Origin: Octopus vulgaris
Lineage: Eukaryota
Direction: 5' to 3'
NCBI GenBank assembly: GCA_951406725.2
Contig: OX597815.1
Span: 13,702,001 to 13,766,000 of the forward strand
Length of the DNA: 64,000 bases
Shown here: positions 1 to 13,828 of the stretch, one piece after another
Layout: each line of letters opens with the position of its first letter
How positions within the stretch are numbered: position 1 is the first letter of the stretch
Notes under the pieces: generated by a model
What the model was told of the DNA's origin: nothing
Database searches by the model: none
Seen by the model: only the letters and a program-made list of their open reading frames with translations
Program-made: the position numbers and the translations under genes

Positions 1-43
1 TTACGCAGGTCGCCCGGCGTGCTAACGTTTCTGCCAGCTCGCC
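1..43 (-). mobile_element. 5' head of tRNA-derived SINE family C (cut by window edge)
   Basis: Reverse complement GGCGAGCTGGCAGAAACGTTAGCACGCCGGGCG matches the heads of copies at 18630-18865 and 57835-58003. Confidence 0.8.
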
Positions 44-139
44 TATGAAGCGAACTCATATAGACACACAAACACACATACGGTTACAACAATACCAACA
101 ACACGACTAATAGCAATGGCAACAACAGCAACAGCAAGT

Positions 140-503
140 GGAGGCCCAATGGCCCATTGGTTAGGGCAGCGAACTCGCGGTCGGAGGATCGCGGTTTCGA
201 TTCCCAGACCGGCCGTTGTGTGTGTTTATTGAGAGAAAACACCTAAAGCTCCACGAGGCTCGGACAGGGGGTGGTGGCGACCCCTGTTGTACTCTTTCGC
301 TCCAACTTACCCTCACTCTTTCTTCCTGTTTCTTGTCCCCGACTTCCTACGCAACCGCTGAGCCTGGATGCGCATTCAACCATCAGTCGATGCTCTCGGT
401 GTCGGGGTTGACCTGCTTTCTCTTCTGTGGGTCTTACAAATAGCAAAGGACCACGTTTCGGACTTCTCCCATCTTGCGAGCTCTGGGACGAAGAGCGTTC
501 GCC
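140..503 (+). mobile_element. tRNA-derived SINE family A, with tail type 1
   Basis: A-box TGGCCCATTGG and B-box GTTTCGATTCC; head shared with 9759-10114, 33816-34184 and 47611-47902; flanked by a CAACAGCAAC direct repeat (probable TSD). Confidence 0.85.
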
Positions 504-663
504 CAACAGCAACATCAACAGCATCTATCACGATGGTAGCAGCATGGGTGAACACACAAACACAACGAGGTACAAGAAAGGTACATAAAGTCAGTGTAAA
601 GGGCAGCAGCAGAGCCAACGGTGTAGGGGAGGGTCATAGTGCTTCTAAAAACAATGACACTAG

Positions 664-704
<41 letters not shown>

Positions 705-2756
705 CAAATGTACATACACACACGCATACAAACACAGACACATGTGCATGTATGGATACACATCATAGAAGAACAGAATGGAATAAGCAGAGTAAGTTTA
801 CACACAAAGACGGCAAGTGTTACTGAGGAGGTCATAGATGTGTGACGAACGATTTCTAGACAATAGACATGAGTTAGAATAAGAACAGTAATAAACGAGT
901 GAAAAACGAACATATAATGCGTGTGTTAATTTGACACACACACACACACTCACTTTCATTTGTGTAGGTTTGCTGGTACACACCATTGTTGTGAGCCTAA
1001 GGTTATTTACTTCCATTTCCCCGAACCTCACGCTCTACTTATTAATGATAGGTGTTATCAACTCTTTGTTTGTGTTCCTTGACGTCGTGGGGATTCATGT
1101 TTTACATTAGATTAAAATTTGTATGAATCATTTTTTAATAGATAAACATCGATGTCTCATAGAAATGTAATGTATTTTTCCAAAGCTCTCGACCCTAAAC
1201 GCCTCACCTGTTACTGTTACAATATTGTATCCTTACTCTATATTTCATTCAGAATTCGGTAGTATCCAGCGGCGTCCAACACCCAAATCACATTTTAGAG
1301 CTTTCTTTACCGATAGTCTATAGAAACTAGAGCCAGCACTGGAAGTTACGACGTTTCATATAACGAAGACGTCAAAGCAAGCTATGCGATCGTAAATAGA
1401 ACACTAGGTAATGGTTGTATGTTCAAGCTGATGTAACCTGGACGGATACCTTTCGGGACTTACGGCCTTCGATGCTGATCTACAGAAATACACTCTGGGC
1501 ATAGGAAGTTCATCAATTTTTCCAAGTCTTTATTTTTCCGAAAGAGTACAGCGATTTCGGTATCCGTTGAGGTTTAAATTTGTTCAACTTGTTGTTGTCG
1601 CAGATGTGCCCGAAGTTTCACGTTTCCGGAAATTCTGCATTCGTTCATCCACGTAAAATTATGTTCTCGATTGTGATTCGGGTAATAATTATTAGGAAAT
1701 TAGTTATTAGAGTTCTCTCATAGTAGGTCATGACATCATAAATATTAATAAGTATATTTATAGAGTGCTTTGGTGAATTCTTACCGTGAACATCTAATTA
1801 TACTTCACCCAATGTCAATGTATGAGTAATGAATATTTGCATTCCGTTTCGCAGTTTGTACTGTGATAGTAGCACATTTTATTTCGTTTTTGGTGGGGAA
1901 GTTTATTATGATTGTGTATTTGACTTATTTTCATCCTTTATTTACAGATTGGTTGGTAGTTATTTTTGCCTATGTTGACTGACAACTTCTTAATATCTTT
2001 ATACCTACGCACTTACGAAAAATATCTTATACATCTTTAAATCTGGAGGAAAAAGTCGCTGCTCATATATTTAATGAAAACAATACTAAAAACGATCTTA
2101 CTGTTTATTAGAATCATTATTATTACTAATATTTTATTAATGATAATAAAAATAATAAGAACTATAATTGGAATAATAATGGTAATAATAATATTGTTAG
2201 TTGGAGCAATTTTAGTAATTTTATGAATAACAAATTTTGTAACGTCGAAAAATACTAGAAGACTAATTATTCACATTATAAGATTTTATATGCTGTTGGA
2301 ATATGAAAAAATCAGCAAATACATTGAAAGACCTAAAGATTCCATCACGTGTTATACATGAATTGAATTAATTACACTACTATAATATCTAATGTCTAAA
2401 CTACATTTGCCAAAAGAGTAATGAATAAAGTTTTACATGCTTCCACTCTGTCCTTTCGTGTAACTCACCAAGAAACGTAAAGGTTGTGATTTTCTGCTTC
2501 GTAGTCAATTTGTCAAATTATATTCAATTGAATATCGGAGAATTTTAAATAATTTTCAGATTTTAGGTGTCACTTCAGTAAGAGGTAAATGAATGTATAA
2601 AAGAACACGTAAAATATTTAGGAATTCAATTCGGTTTTGGCTTCTTTATATCAGAGATAAAGCAGCAGTCATTGTGTTGCTAAATTCAGATATGCGGATA
2701 TTAAATAACTAAATTAAAAAAAGAAGCACACACACACGCATAAACACATACACACA

Positions 2757-2796
<40 letters not shown>

Positions 2797-3365
2797 GATA
2801 TAAATATATTTATATACTAATATGAGAATACTTACATATAACATATATAAACATATACATATATACATATATCTACATATATATATATATATATATATAT
2901 ATGTGTATGTAATATATATATATATATATATATATTATGTATATATGTATAGGTATATATACATACACACAAAGGCATAAGTAATATGTGTGAGTGTGTA
3001 TGCCCTTCTATATGCGTGGAGTTGAATATATGCATGTCTCTGTTTCCAAATTTACTTATATGTATCGTTATGCGCATTTATTCGACCTTTTTATTTTCAC
3101 ATGTAAAACTGACCGTCATCACAACTTACTCCTCATTCACATCGTTTAATTACGGGTGCCTTATGCTGCTTGTAAAACAAACTTAGGCATGGAAAGTAAG
3201 CCGCCCTGGTGATGGAGATATACATAAACTATACTACCTCCATTGGCAGCAAAGTGTCTAAACTTTAAGTAATATAATAGAACTAATTGGGAAAGGAATA
3301 GAGATTTGCAAGATATGCTGCCCGATATACGCATAACAACAAAAGTGTTTTAATCTGCAGTGATA

Positions 3366-4090
3366 ATGAGCACATCTTCCAAAACCTGTAATCGCAAAAT
3401 TACAAAAATGGAGCCATATCTTCACAAATGTAACGGCGCCAATACAACGAACGTAGAACGAGAGGAAGCCTTTCAGTGATGTAGATGCTGCAAGCACTCG
3501 TCCTCCTTTTCAAATTAACATTTTCATTAGTGAGACGCTTGTTGGAAGAGAAACATTTTACATTTTTTTGTAGTTGTTTTCATAAGGAAACTTTAAATTG
3601 CCAATGAATGTTTGACCAAGATGTTCAGTATTTTTTCTTAATCTTTCCAAATACCTTTGCCAAAATGTCCTCGATTAACTTTTGAACAATTTTATACACA
3701 AGTCACTTCATTTTTGATGGATATATGAGCACCTCTTCCAAAACCTGTAATCGCAAAATTACAAAAATGGAGCCGTATCTTCACAAATGTAACCGCGCCA
3801 ATACAACGAACGTAGAACGAGAGGATGCCTTACAGTGATGTAGATGCTGCAAGCACTCGTCCTCCTTTTCAAATTAACATTTTCATTAGTGAGACGCTTC
3901 TTGAAAGAAAACATTTTATATTTTCTTTTTGTAGTTATTTTCATAAGGAAACTTTAAATTGCCAATGAATGCTTGACCAAGATGTTCAGTATTTTTTCTT
4001 AATCTTTCCAAACACCTTTGCCAAAATGTCCTCGATTAACTTTTGAATAATTTCATACACAAGTCACTCCATTTTTGATGGATATATGAG
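3366..4090. repeat. Tandem duplication, two copies of about 360 bp
   Basis: ATGAGCACATCTTCCAAAACCTG...GATGGATATATGAG at 3366-3729 recurs with few differences at 3725-4090. Confidence 0.95.
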
Positions 4091-4838
4091 TATTATTCAC
4101 CTATTTAAAGCGGTCTTATTATATCCTACAGCTTTTGCTTACACAGCGTTCACAAAAAACATCAACAAATACCTATTGTATACTCCACTACGTTTGCGAG
4201 AATTCAAGCTCGTTACATATGTCAATCATTTTTTTCTTCTCTTATTATTGTCTGCCATTAACGATAAAATTGATCTACCAAGCAGATAATAACATGTTTA
4301 CCTCTTGAATGGTATTCAAGGCTAAGCACGCTTCACAAACAACCTAAACGCTTCAATGTCATACATGTATTGTTTAAAGGAACAAAGACCAGGTCAACTT
4401 CGAGTTTGTTTTGCTTCTGGTTCTCTCAATTACTACTTCTCTATTGTCCTCTGTTTCTTAGAAATAACAAGTTACTGAGCATTGACAGCATTTTTACTGC
4501 GATAGGTCTCATCACTTCTCTAATCACCATCACTTGCTAAACACTATGTATATTATACATATGCTGACGCAGTATCGTTGGACCCTGGGTGATATGTTTA
4601 TGCTATACATTAAAACTAGCAACAAAATACAACTGAAGTTCGAATGGTAGGTCTTACAACACTGAGTGGGTCGCACGTTTTTTATATAGGTAATACATAT
4701 ATGAAAATGGACCCATGCACTTTGTACACGCATATACACACACAGACGCTCATATACAGATATGTATGCACACATACATGCATACACATACGCATGTATG
4801 GATGTATACAGAAGGCATGCATATATGCACACACATAC

Positions 4839-4881
<43 letters not shown>

Positions 4882-5030
4882 CATACAAACGCACTCGCGC
4901 ACACACACACATACATATAATTACTTAAGTATATATATGTGTGTGTATGTATATATATATATATACATATATTCATGCACACACACACACTCACACACAC
5001 ACACACACATATATATATTTATATTATTTC

Positions 5031-5610
5031 TTTATTTATTTATTTATCTAGTTTCAGCTCACAAGCTGTGGCCATGCTGGGGCACCGCCATTTTGTGTTG
5101 CTACATGATTTTACTTCACGAATGCTTTTTAGCAAGTGTCATTTGGTGCATGAGAGAGTTCGATGCAGCTGCCCTCATCTGCACCTCCTGCCGTGAAATT
5201 GGTTCATCTGGGATACCTGACAAGAAGAGATCCAGTTTCATTTTAAAGACATCTGCGTCCACCCCACGCAGGTCTCTTAGGTTCTTCGGGAAGATATTGA
5301 AGAGCTGTGGGACTCGGAAGCCCAGGCTATCACAGTATCTTGTCCTACATCTTGATGGCAAATTTGGAGTCCTTGGCACTATACAGTGGCGCCCAGCTCT
5401 ATTTTGTGTAACTCTCGATGCCAAAGTTTGGGACAAGTCCTTCTAGGATCTTCCAGATGTATATTATGGCATATCTTTCTCGCCTACGCTCTAAGGAATA
5501 GAGTCTCAATCTCTTGAGTCTTTCTCAATAGCTTATATGCTGCACAGAGGCTATCTTCTTCGTGTAGCTTCGTTGGATCACCTCAAGTTCTGTGATTAAC
5601 TTGACACTGG
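5031..5610 (-). mobile_element. CR1-like LINE, 5'-truncated 3' end
   Basis: ORF 5116-5436 (SLGFRVPQLFNIFPKNLRDL...VFKMKLDLFLSGIPDEP) is a typical CR1-type RT C-terminus; 3' motif GGCGGTGCCCCAGCATGGCC...GAAAC followed by a (TAAA)n tail. Confidence 0.85.
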
Positions 5611-5682
5611 ATATTATGCAGAACATATTTATTAAATATATAAAAATCCCATCCTAACGTTATTTTTAGTATTATGTTATAT

Positions 5683-5743
<61 letters not shown>

Positions 5744-5789
5744 TAATGAGCCCTGTTCTTGGCAAACATACATGGCTGCAAAGATTGCA

Positions 5790-6990
5790 GACCAAGCTTT
5801 TCCCATTCATTACACTACCAAGGTGTCTTCGAGCTGCACGCGTAAATTCTTAATGAAGAATACGTGATCTTTAAAGACATTGACTCCCTTCTTTACCTGT
5901 TTCCTCCATCCGTGGCTATGACAAGCATTGCTCTCCCGGTGAGTCTCCTGCATTTCATAGGCCTTCAATAAGGAGTTTATACAATCATTAAATCGCAGTC
6001 TTGGCTTCTGCCGTGGTCGCTTTCCACTATCAAGTTCCCGATATAACATCTGTTTAGGGATCAATTCATTCTAACAAGGTGTCCAATGTACCCGATGTTC
6101 ATGCACCTTCATCTCAATACTCAGGATATCGGCTTTCCTTGGGACTTGTGTATCTGGAGTTTTTGAGGTCCAGCGAACACGAAGAATGTGTAGGTCCATA
6201 TCTCACGCGAGTAAAGGACAGATGTCAGTACATATGCACAATGCACACCAATTTTTTTTCGCTTTGTGATACCATGCTGGGACCAGACACGAGACTGAAC
6301 ATACCTGAAGGAATCAGTTGCTCTCTGCAGCCTGAAAAATGTCTCCTCATCCAGGGATCCAGAACGGTTGAGTGAGCTTTCCAGGCAGACAAACTTGTCT
6401 ACCACTTTCAGTATTGTTCCTTCAGCTAAAATAGCTGATACCACATCTGCGTTTCTTGGTGCAGGCACGAGCATTACAAGTCTTCCCAAGCTAACGCTGT
6501 GTCCAAATACCTTGCAAGAAGCAGAAATATGATTCACAAGTATTTGCATATCATCTACTGTATGAGTGACTAAGTGACACTCATCTGCGTAAAGGAGGTC
6601 ACGAAAAAGAAAGTGAAAAACTTTTGAATTGGCAGAGAATCGACACAGGTTAAAAAGACGGCCAGAAGATCAATACCCAACATGTATCCCAGAAGAGCTG
6701 TCCAGAGCAAATGCATGATTAAGAGTAGCAGCAATGTACAGAGAAAAGAGAGTTGGAGCGAGGATGTCACCCTGGTTGACACGATTCTCTATAGGAATGG
6801 GTCCCGCCATCCCACCAGCAACATTGACCCCTAGCTTCCAGCCCATCATGAAAGGATTTGATTATTGATGCAAAGTGTTCTGGACATCCAAGTTTGCCAA
6901 GTATTTTCCAGAAGGCGGCCCTATTCACAGTATCAAAGGCCTTGACTAAAATCAATGAATATCCATATTCTGCTCGTAACACGTCTCCTG
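5790..6990 (-). mobile_element. RTE-clade LINE remnant (frameshifted RT and C-terminus)
   Basis: Peptides LVKAFDTVNRAAFWKILGKLGCPEHFASIIKSFHDG and IPKQMLYRELDSGKRPRQKPRLRFND are characteristic of RTE/BovB-like ORFs. Confidence 0.9.
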
Positions 6991-7205
6991 CATATGTGTC
7001 TGTGTATAATTAGTGCCCACGCTATCGCCTAACGCTACTACACAAATTATCCATTTATTCTCTTTCCTTACACTGTAGAGAGAAAAATACATTGATTAGA
7101 AATATAAATGAACTGCATGTTCATTCTGTCTTGTTTATCTAGCTTATTCTTACTCCTTCTCTTTCTCCCTCCCTCTATCTTACTCTCTTTCTTTCTTTAT
7201 TTCTT

Positions 7206-7236
<31 letters not shown>

Positions 7237-9381
7237 GACTAACACACGCACATGCGTGCATGCACAGTACATCAGTTTGGTAATGAATGACTTACTGTAA
7301 AAGAAAATGGATAAGTACCAATAAGTAAATGCACCCATATATTATATGATATTCAATTCTTGTTGATCTCCCACCCATGTCAAAGATCGCATCATCTCCA
7401 ACAGATATTGGGAACTGGGAAAGTATAATTTATTTGAATGATTAATTGAAAAAAAAAAGAAATTGATTTATTCTAGAATAAACAAAATGCGGGTAAAAGA
7501 AAAGAGCTGTGAAAATAAAAACATAAACTCTTGTTGAAATATGATATTTTTAAATGCACTGATACAAAAACGCTATACCAACTTAAATGGAGATCACACT
7601 GTTACAAGCATTCGTACCAAGTCTGGTTTCAGATCTCCTTCTCTTCTGGACTACGCCTGCACAATGTTAAGGCCATTCATCTCTCTCTCTCCTTTAACTA
7701 AGGCTTCGAAAAGAGGCATTTGTCTTTACTGAAAATGTTTCAAACCGATGACAATTAAGCCCTTTAAGGGTTTATTTATTCATTCATTTATTTCATCTTT
7801 TATTGTGATTCACTCTTAAGTCATCTATTCTAAAAAGTTTGTTTAGCCGAGGTAACCTTTGGGACACAACTGATTCATGTGAATAGCCTTCAGAACTGAA
7901 GCAGCTATAAATGAAGTGAATACATTAACCAGTAGGGACAAGATGTGGAGAATGCGCAAATATATTAATCAGAAGAATACATTTAACAAACACAAATTGG
8001 GATCTGATTTAGAGGAATCTATCACATAGAACCCCTTTACAAGTTTATTTCTAGCACCCTGCTTTATATACGCACCAGGCTGAATCCATATAATAACAAA
8101 TTATTTTCATGATGTCAAGAAAATTATCTCCACGATTCCTTTTCTCTACATGGCTAATAGAAACATGTTTTCTTATCATCCCTATGCAGTCACTTGTACT
8201 TTTCGTTTACAAACCATGTGTACCTCAACAATTTTCATACTCATCGCCCCAGCATATATGACGCATGCAAAACAAACTAAGCCACAAGTCATTAGCAGAT
8301 ACCTCGAAGTTACTGTTGATATATATCACTAAATATACACTGAGTGAAAACCTAGAATATTCGATGACAAAATAAGACATTGATCATAGCCATATGTTGT
8401 TTGAGTCAATGTTTTCTTTTTATCATTATTATTTGCATCAAAATAAAATATTGCAAATGATTATTACAGCCACAAATTGTGTGGGTATTAAATAAATATG
8501 AAGGAAGTATTGTTATTACGTCAAGCAGTACTTTTTTCATGTAGGTCGAAACAACTCCAACAGAATGCGCAACTTTTATGCCGTACTCTACTAAATATGC
8601 CTGAAAATTTAGGAATTTTCACCAGGTCAGGCATTCCTTCAGAACCTGCATTGTAATTTATACTGTAAGGTCATTGGTGAATACAAACATCGTATATGGT
8701 ATCAAATGAAGAATGCGAGAGAACTGCGATATATATATATATATACATATATATATAAACGGGTGATATAAAAGAAACGAAGTGCTGGCCCAGTCTGACG
8801 CACAGAGTCTTAAAAACGTTAATAGTTTAATATTTATTTTAAATAAAAACAGAAAATTGTGAGAAAATGCCCTCAGAGGGTCAGATGCATCCTAGTGAAG
8901 TGGAAATCTCAGCTTACGTATTAGGAACCATTTTTGAGAATTTCCTTTTCGAGCGCCTCCTTACATCAGTCACATTTGTTTCTTTTTATACTTAATTTAC
9001 TTTGTTTCCCGCTTTTGTATGTGTGTGTGTATGTGTGTGTGTGTGCGTATTGGTGCACGTGTGTTGGTGTGCATGTGTGCATGTATGTATGTGTGTGTGT
9101 GCATGTTTGTGCGTGTGTTGTGTGTGTGTGTTTTCTTTCTAATGATATAACCAACTTTATTTTTTTGCTTTTCTTTCTATCTGTTTTTCCTTCCAGTTTT
9201 TATTATTCTTATCTTTATATTTATGGACTTAAACCAATTGAGTTTGCTCAACCATTATCGCCAAATTCAAATCGATTATTAGCTTAAGTTCACAGATTGA
9301 ACGTTCATGTTTACATGGTTATTAGTCTTCAACTTATAGGATTAAAAAATAAACTTGCTTCGTTTAATCAAACATCGTACA

Positions 9382-9434
<53 letters not shown>

Positions 9435-9758
9435 ATATAATTTGGACATTCGGCCATGCATTTCTCACTTAGTAGAAGGAACTAAATTTCGTCTCGTATT
9501 ATCTCTGCCTGTTTCAACTCACATTAACTTGAAATTTTACGCGTTATGCAGCCAGATTTGAGGAATAGAATATAACCATATTTCCTTAGTAGCGCTACGT
9601 CTTACACGAAACCAGTGGTAACAGTGTTATAAGGAATTGAAGTGAATAAAGACGGTGAGCTTTTTACTATACAGGAAAGGTATTGGAGAGTGGTCGAAAA
9701 GTTTCACTTCAGTTTGTCCGGCACGCCATCCCAGCCTTGACAAAACAAGTAGTCATGA

Positions 9759-10114
9759 CGACCAGGGTTCCAGTTGATCGGATCAACGGAACAGCCTGCT
9801 CATGAAATTAAAGTGCACGTGGTTGAGCACTCCACACACACATGTACCCTTAACGTAGTTCTCGCGGATATTCAGCGTGACACAGAGTTTGACAAGGCTG
9901 GCCCTTTGAAATACAGGTACAACAGAAACAGGAACAAAGAGTAAGGGAAAGTTGTGATGAAAGAATAAAGCAGGGTTCACCGCCAACCCTTGTCGGAATC
10001 TCGTGTAGCTTTAGGAGTTTTAGCTCAATAAACAGTCACAACGCACGATGTGAGAATCGAAACCGCGATCATTGATCGCTAATCTGCTGCCCTAAACACT
10101 GGGCCATGCGCCTC
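9759..10114 (-). mobile_element. tRNA-derived SINE family A, with tail type 2
   Basis: Reverse-complement head GGAGGCGCATGGCCCAGTG..TAGGGCAGC; tail matches 33990-34180 and 27260-27440. Confidence 0.85.
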
Positions 10115-10118
10115 CCGT

Positions 10119-11915
10119 TCTTAGATACTCGTGTTTCATGTGGTCTAACAACTATACTGCTATATCGATGTAGACGTTATAAGAATCCTACATTTAAGAA
10201 TTACAACAGTGACGACGAGTAATTAACAAACTCACGAGGAGTTACGAAACACACAAAAAAATTTTGCGCGAATTTTACAGGGAAAAGAAAAAACGTACAT
10301 TTCGGAAAATTTGTTGGCCTACATGCTCGAGTTGCAAAAACAGCAACAAAAGCAACTGGTACTACTGCAAGAACAGCAACAATTATTATTACAGCAAAAA
10401 ATGCTGCAATTAATGAATAGTAAGTCGTCAGGAAATGCTGTAAAAATGTTCTCACCAAATTATATTGCAAACTCGATAACAGACAAAGGAATTACCTTCG
10501 AGGCGTAGTATGGAAGATACGAACAAATCTTCGATGTAGAGTGCAAAGATTGGTCGATTGTATGTAAATGCATTTAATCTCAAGAAAATTGGCAGAAGGA
10601 GAACATGAACGTTACAGTAACAACGTACTCCCAAAGAAACCTTCTTAAAGATACAATAGACATGTTGTATAAAATTTTTAGTGAGAAAACCTCGTTGTTT
10701 AATACACTTTGGAAATGTTTGAACCTGGAAAAGAACAATGGGGAGCACTACATCACATATGCTGGTAGAGTTATCAGGAAAAGCGACAAGTACAAGCTGG
10801 ACGCGTCGGATATGTTCAATCGTCTGATATTTACTCAGGGACTAACTGTAGAAATAGAGGCAGAAGTAGGAACAAGAACTCTCGCTAAACTGGAACAAGA
10901 TCAAACTGTACCGTTACAAGTGTCAGAAGAGTGTAAAAGAAAAGTAAATTTAAGACACGACACAGAGAAAATTGAATATAAAGATTCTCCTAAGTGAAAC
11001 AAGTGCGAAATAAGAACAAACAGGACACGAATCAGCAAAGAAGTCTGTGTTTTGCATGTGTAGGCCGATACCTGAGAATTTCTTTTTTTTTTTTTTATTT
11101 AAGAAAGAAGAATGATTCAGTTGCGGAAAATTTGGACGTATAAAAACCAAGTTGACAATACGTTAGAACAAAGAAGTATGTCATGGAAACGAAATGGTAA
11201 TATAACAAAGAGAAAATTCGTAAATTTGTAAATTAAAAATATCAGAGTAAAAATACAATTACACTTGGGAAGTGATATTACCATTGTGAACGAAAAAACT
11301 TGGAAGTATGTCTGTAAGCCGAAATTAATTAAAGCTACAAAAGTGACACATGGGGTTACTGGCAAAATATAGGTCTTTCGTTGGTGAATTTTTGTTCAAT
11401 GTAGCATTTCGTGACCAAATTAAAGTTGCAAAAATATATGCACTAAAACATTCAATTAATCTATTCGACATAGAGTGGATGGAATTGTTCAAATAGTGGA
11501 ATATGTGTATTGGCCAAAAATTGATAGTGAAATCGAAATTTCCGTGAAAGGCTGTAGAGGATGTGCTCTGGCAACAAAATTACCCACGATAAAAAGTGAA
11601 CTTTGACCAAAATATAGATGCACCGTGGTCGAAACTATACATCGATTTCGCTGGTCCTTTAAACAAAAGTACTGGTCCTTTAAATAAAAGAAATAGAATG
11701 ACACTCCTTGAGAAAGCAAGAAAAACTCAAAGGGGGAGATACCCCTCTCGTGTGATGTGTGGTGTGTGCTAGTCGCTATAGATAAGGTGACATCGGTCAT
11801 TATAAGCAGAGTACGAAATAGACTTTCATAGATAGTCGTGTCTTTACTCGTCTAACAACTATACTGCTATAGCGAAGTGGGCGTTATAACAATCCTACAA
11901 TTAAGAGTTATAAAA
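10119..11915 (+). mobile_element. Decayed, internally deleted Gypsy (Mag-like) LTR retrotransposon
   Basis: LTR-end direct repeat (10119-10208 vs about 11825-11915); PBS-like GTGACGACGAG at 10209; gag-like ORF 10605-10997 (KIFSEKTSLFNTLWKCLNL); protease-like QLHLGSDITIVNEKTW near 11255; integrase-like YVYWPKID...CRGC...PWSKLYIDFAGP at 11500-11660; PPT AAAGGGGGAGA at 11729-11739. Confidence 0.85.
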
Positions 11916-12508
11916 CCTTAATAAGCTAGTTCTAATGGTTTTTACAGGTTCAGTAAAACTATTTCCTTTCGGCTGTGTCAAAGAGTTTTCCCAAGCTCAT
12001 GACTACTTGTTTTATCAAGGCTCGGATGCGTGCTGGACAAACTGAAGTGAAACTTTTCGACCACTCTCCAAACTCTTAGCGCAAAAGACCTCGATTTTTA
12101 TGGTTTCAAGTTAATCCTTACCCATGAAATAATGTTCTCGAATCTTTGAAAGATCACCCTGCCATCAGCAACTGCCGATATTGTTCAAGTCAGATCGTAA
12201 ATGGAGAATGCTCTATGTGGCTGTTGCACGCCGGATTTGAACTGATTTGAGCACCATGTACAGGGCTAAGGGGAAAAGGATTACAAAGAAGGTGCAGCCA
12301 GTTATAACATAATTTTCCAACATGAGCTACTTGGATGCTGTAGGTCCAGAGACTACTCTCATCTGGAAGCTGCGATAATAATCCCGAATGAGATCCATGA
12401 CATTCCTGGGGTCGTGGTATCTTCGAAGAGCCTCAATTTCAAGCTTGTGTGACCCGTAAGAATTTCCATAATATAGCTATAGAAACACCGGATCTCAACT
12501 TTGTTTTC

Positions 12509-12572
<64 letters not shown>

Positions 12573-12829
12573 TTCATCGATATCAACAATCCTATAGCTA
12601 AGAATGGTTATCATATTAAAAACATTTATTTTTGTTTTTAGCTACACTCGGGTAGAATAGGCGGAACCGATTTGACAAATACCTGATGGACGTAGTGAAT
12701 CATGAATGAAGGAAGATATATATATTTTCCCATTAAAGAGATTAGTATCACAACCACTTGTATCTTCTTGTAATTTATAGTTTTCACAGTGAGATCACGA
12801 TTGAATATTGTTCAACACTTTATATGTGA

Positions 12830-13193
12830 CTAGAACTATGACCCCGCAACGCTGGGTCATAGTGCTAGTGCATGCATATACAGCTGCGTGCGTGCGCACA
12901 TACACGCGAGTTCTGTCAAAATCTCCGACCAATCACATACAGCTAGCTGGCATTCAATTGGCCTATCAAGTTCCGGGCATTTTGATTGGGTTTTTGGATA
13001 GAAAATTCACCAAAAAGTCACTTCTATTGATTTTTAATGGTTTTGCGGGGAGACTGAGGAAATGTAAAGACGTGCAGGACCACCCTTGGACGGTTTTGAA
13101 CGACCATAGAAAGTGCGAGTCCTCTAACTAAAAAATTGTGGATTTGTATAAAGGACACACCCATAGACATTTTGCCGTTTATATATAGAGAGA
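12830..13193 (-). mobile_element. Non-autonomous Helitron-like element
   Basis: Minus-strand 5' TCTCTCTATATATAAACGGC (same as the 59030 copy); 3' hairpin followed by CTAG; A|T insertion context. Confidence 0.7.
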
Positions 13194-13255
13194 TATTGAA
13201 TTTCAACTATCCACAATTACGATACGTCGGGTATTTCATTATTAATAAAAGCATA

Positions 13256-13327
<72 letters not shown>

Positions 13328-13332
13328 GTAAC

Positions 13333-13497
13333 AATGAAGGGTGAAATTAATTAATTTGGAATAATTATCAATTACACCAAGTAGTCTTCGGCATGTAAAA
13401 GCCTCATTCGAGGAAAATTTAAGTAATACTAAGCAATTAAGGGTTTAGCAACGAATTGCCTTACCGCAGTAAGGCAATTCGTTGCTAAACCCTTAAT

Positions 13498-13498
<1 letters not shown>
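13333..13498 (-). mobile_element. PLE-like terminal fragment between (TA)n tracts, ending in a perfect 30-bp hairpin (13435-13498)
   Basis: Terminus homologous to 24445-24532 and 20275-20345; arms AATTAAGGGTTTAGCAACGAATTGCCTTAC and its reverse complement with a CGCA loop. Confidence 0.7.
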
Positions 13499-13545
<47 letters not shown>

Positions 13546-13548
<3 letters not shown>

Positions 13549-13603
13549 TAGGTAGGTAAATAGATAGATAAATAGATAGATAGATAGATAGATATACAGA
13601 TAA

Positions 13604-13697
<94 letters not shown>
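13546..13697. repeat. (TAGA)n microsatellite
   Basis: Read directly from the sequence. Confidence 0.95.
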
Positions 13698-13698
<1 letters not shown>

Positions 13699-13775
13699 TG
13701 TGTGTATATATATAACATACGCATACACACATTCATGCATACACGCACACACAGGCATTCTGTCTGTCTGTCTGC

Positions 13776-13828
<53 letters not shown>

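Larger units (their letters stand above)
9683..12071. repeat. Inverted repeat pair of about 75 bp (9683-9758 / 11997-12071) bracketing a SINE and an LTR element
   Basis: TTGGAGAGTGGTCGAAAAGTTTCACTTCAGTTTGTCC...AGTAGTCATGA is the near reverse complement of TCATGACTACT...GGACAAACTGAAGTGAAACTTTTCGACCACTCTCCAA. Confidence 0.85.

Noticed and set aside
620-1065. Possible solo LTR after a purine run
   Set aside because: No second copy, TSD or clear TG...CA ends.
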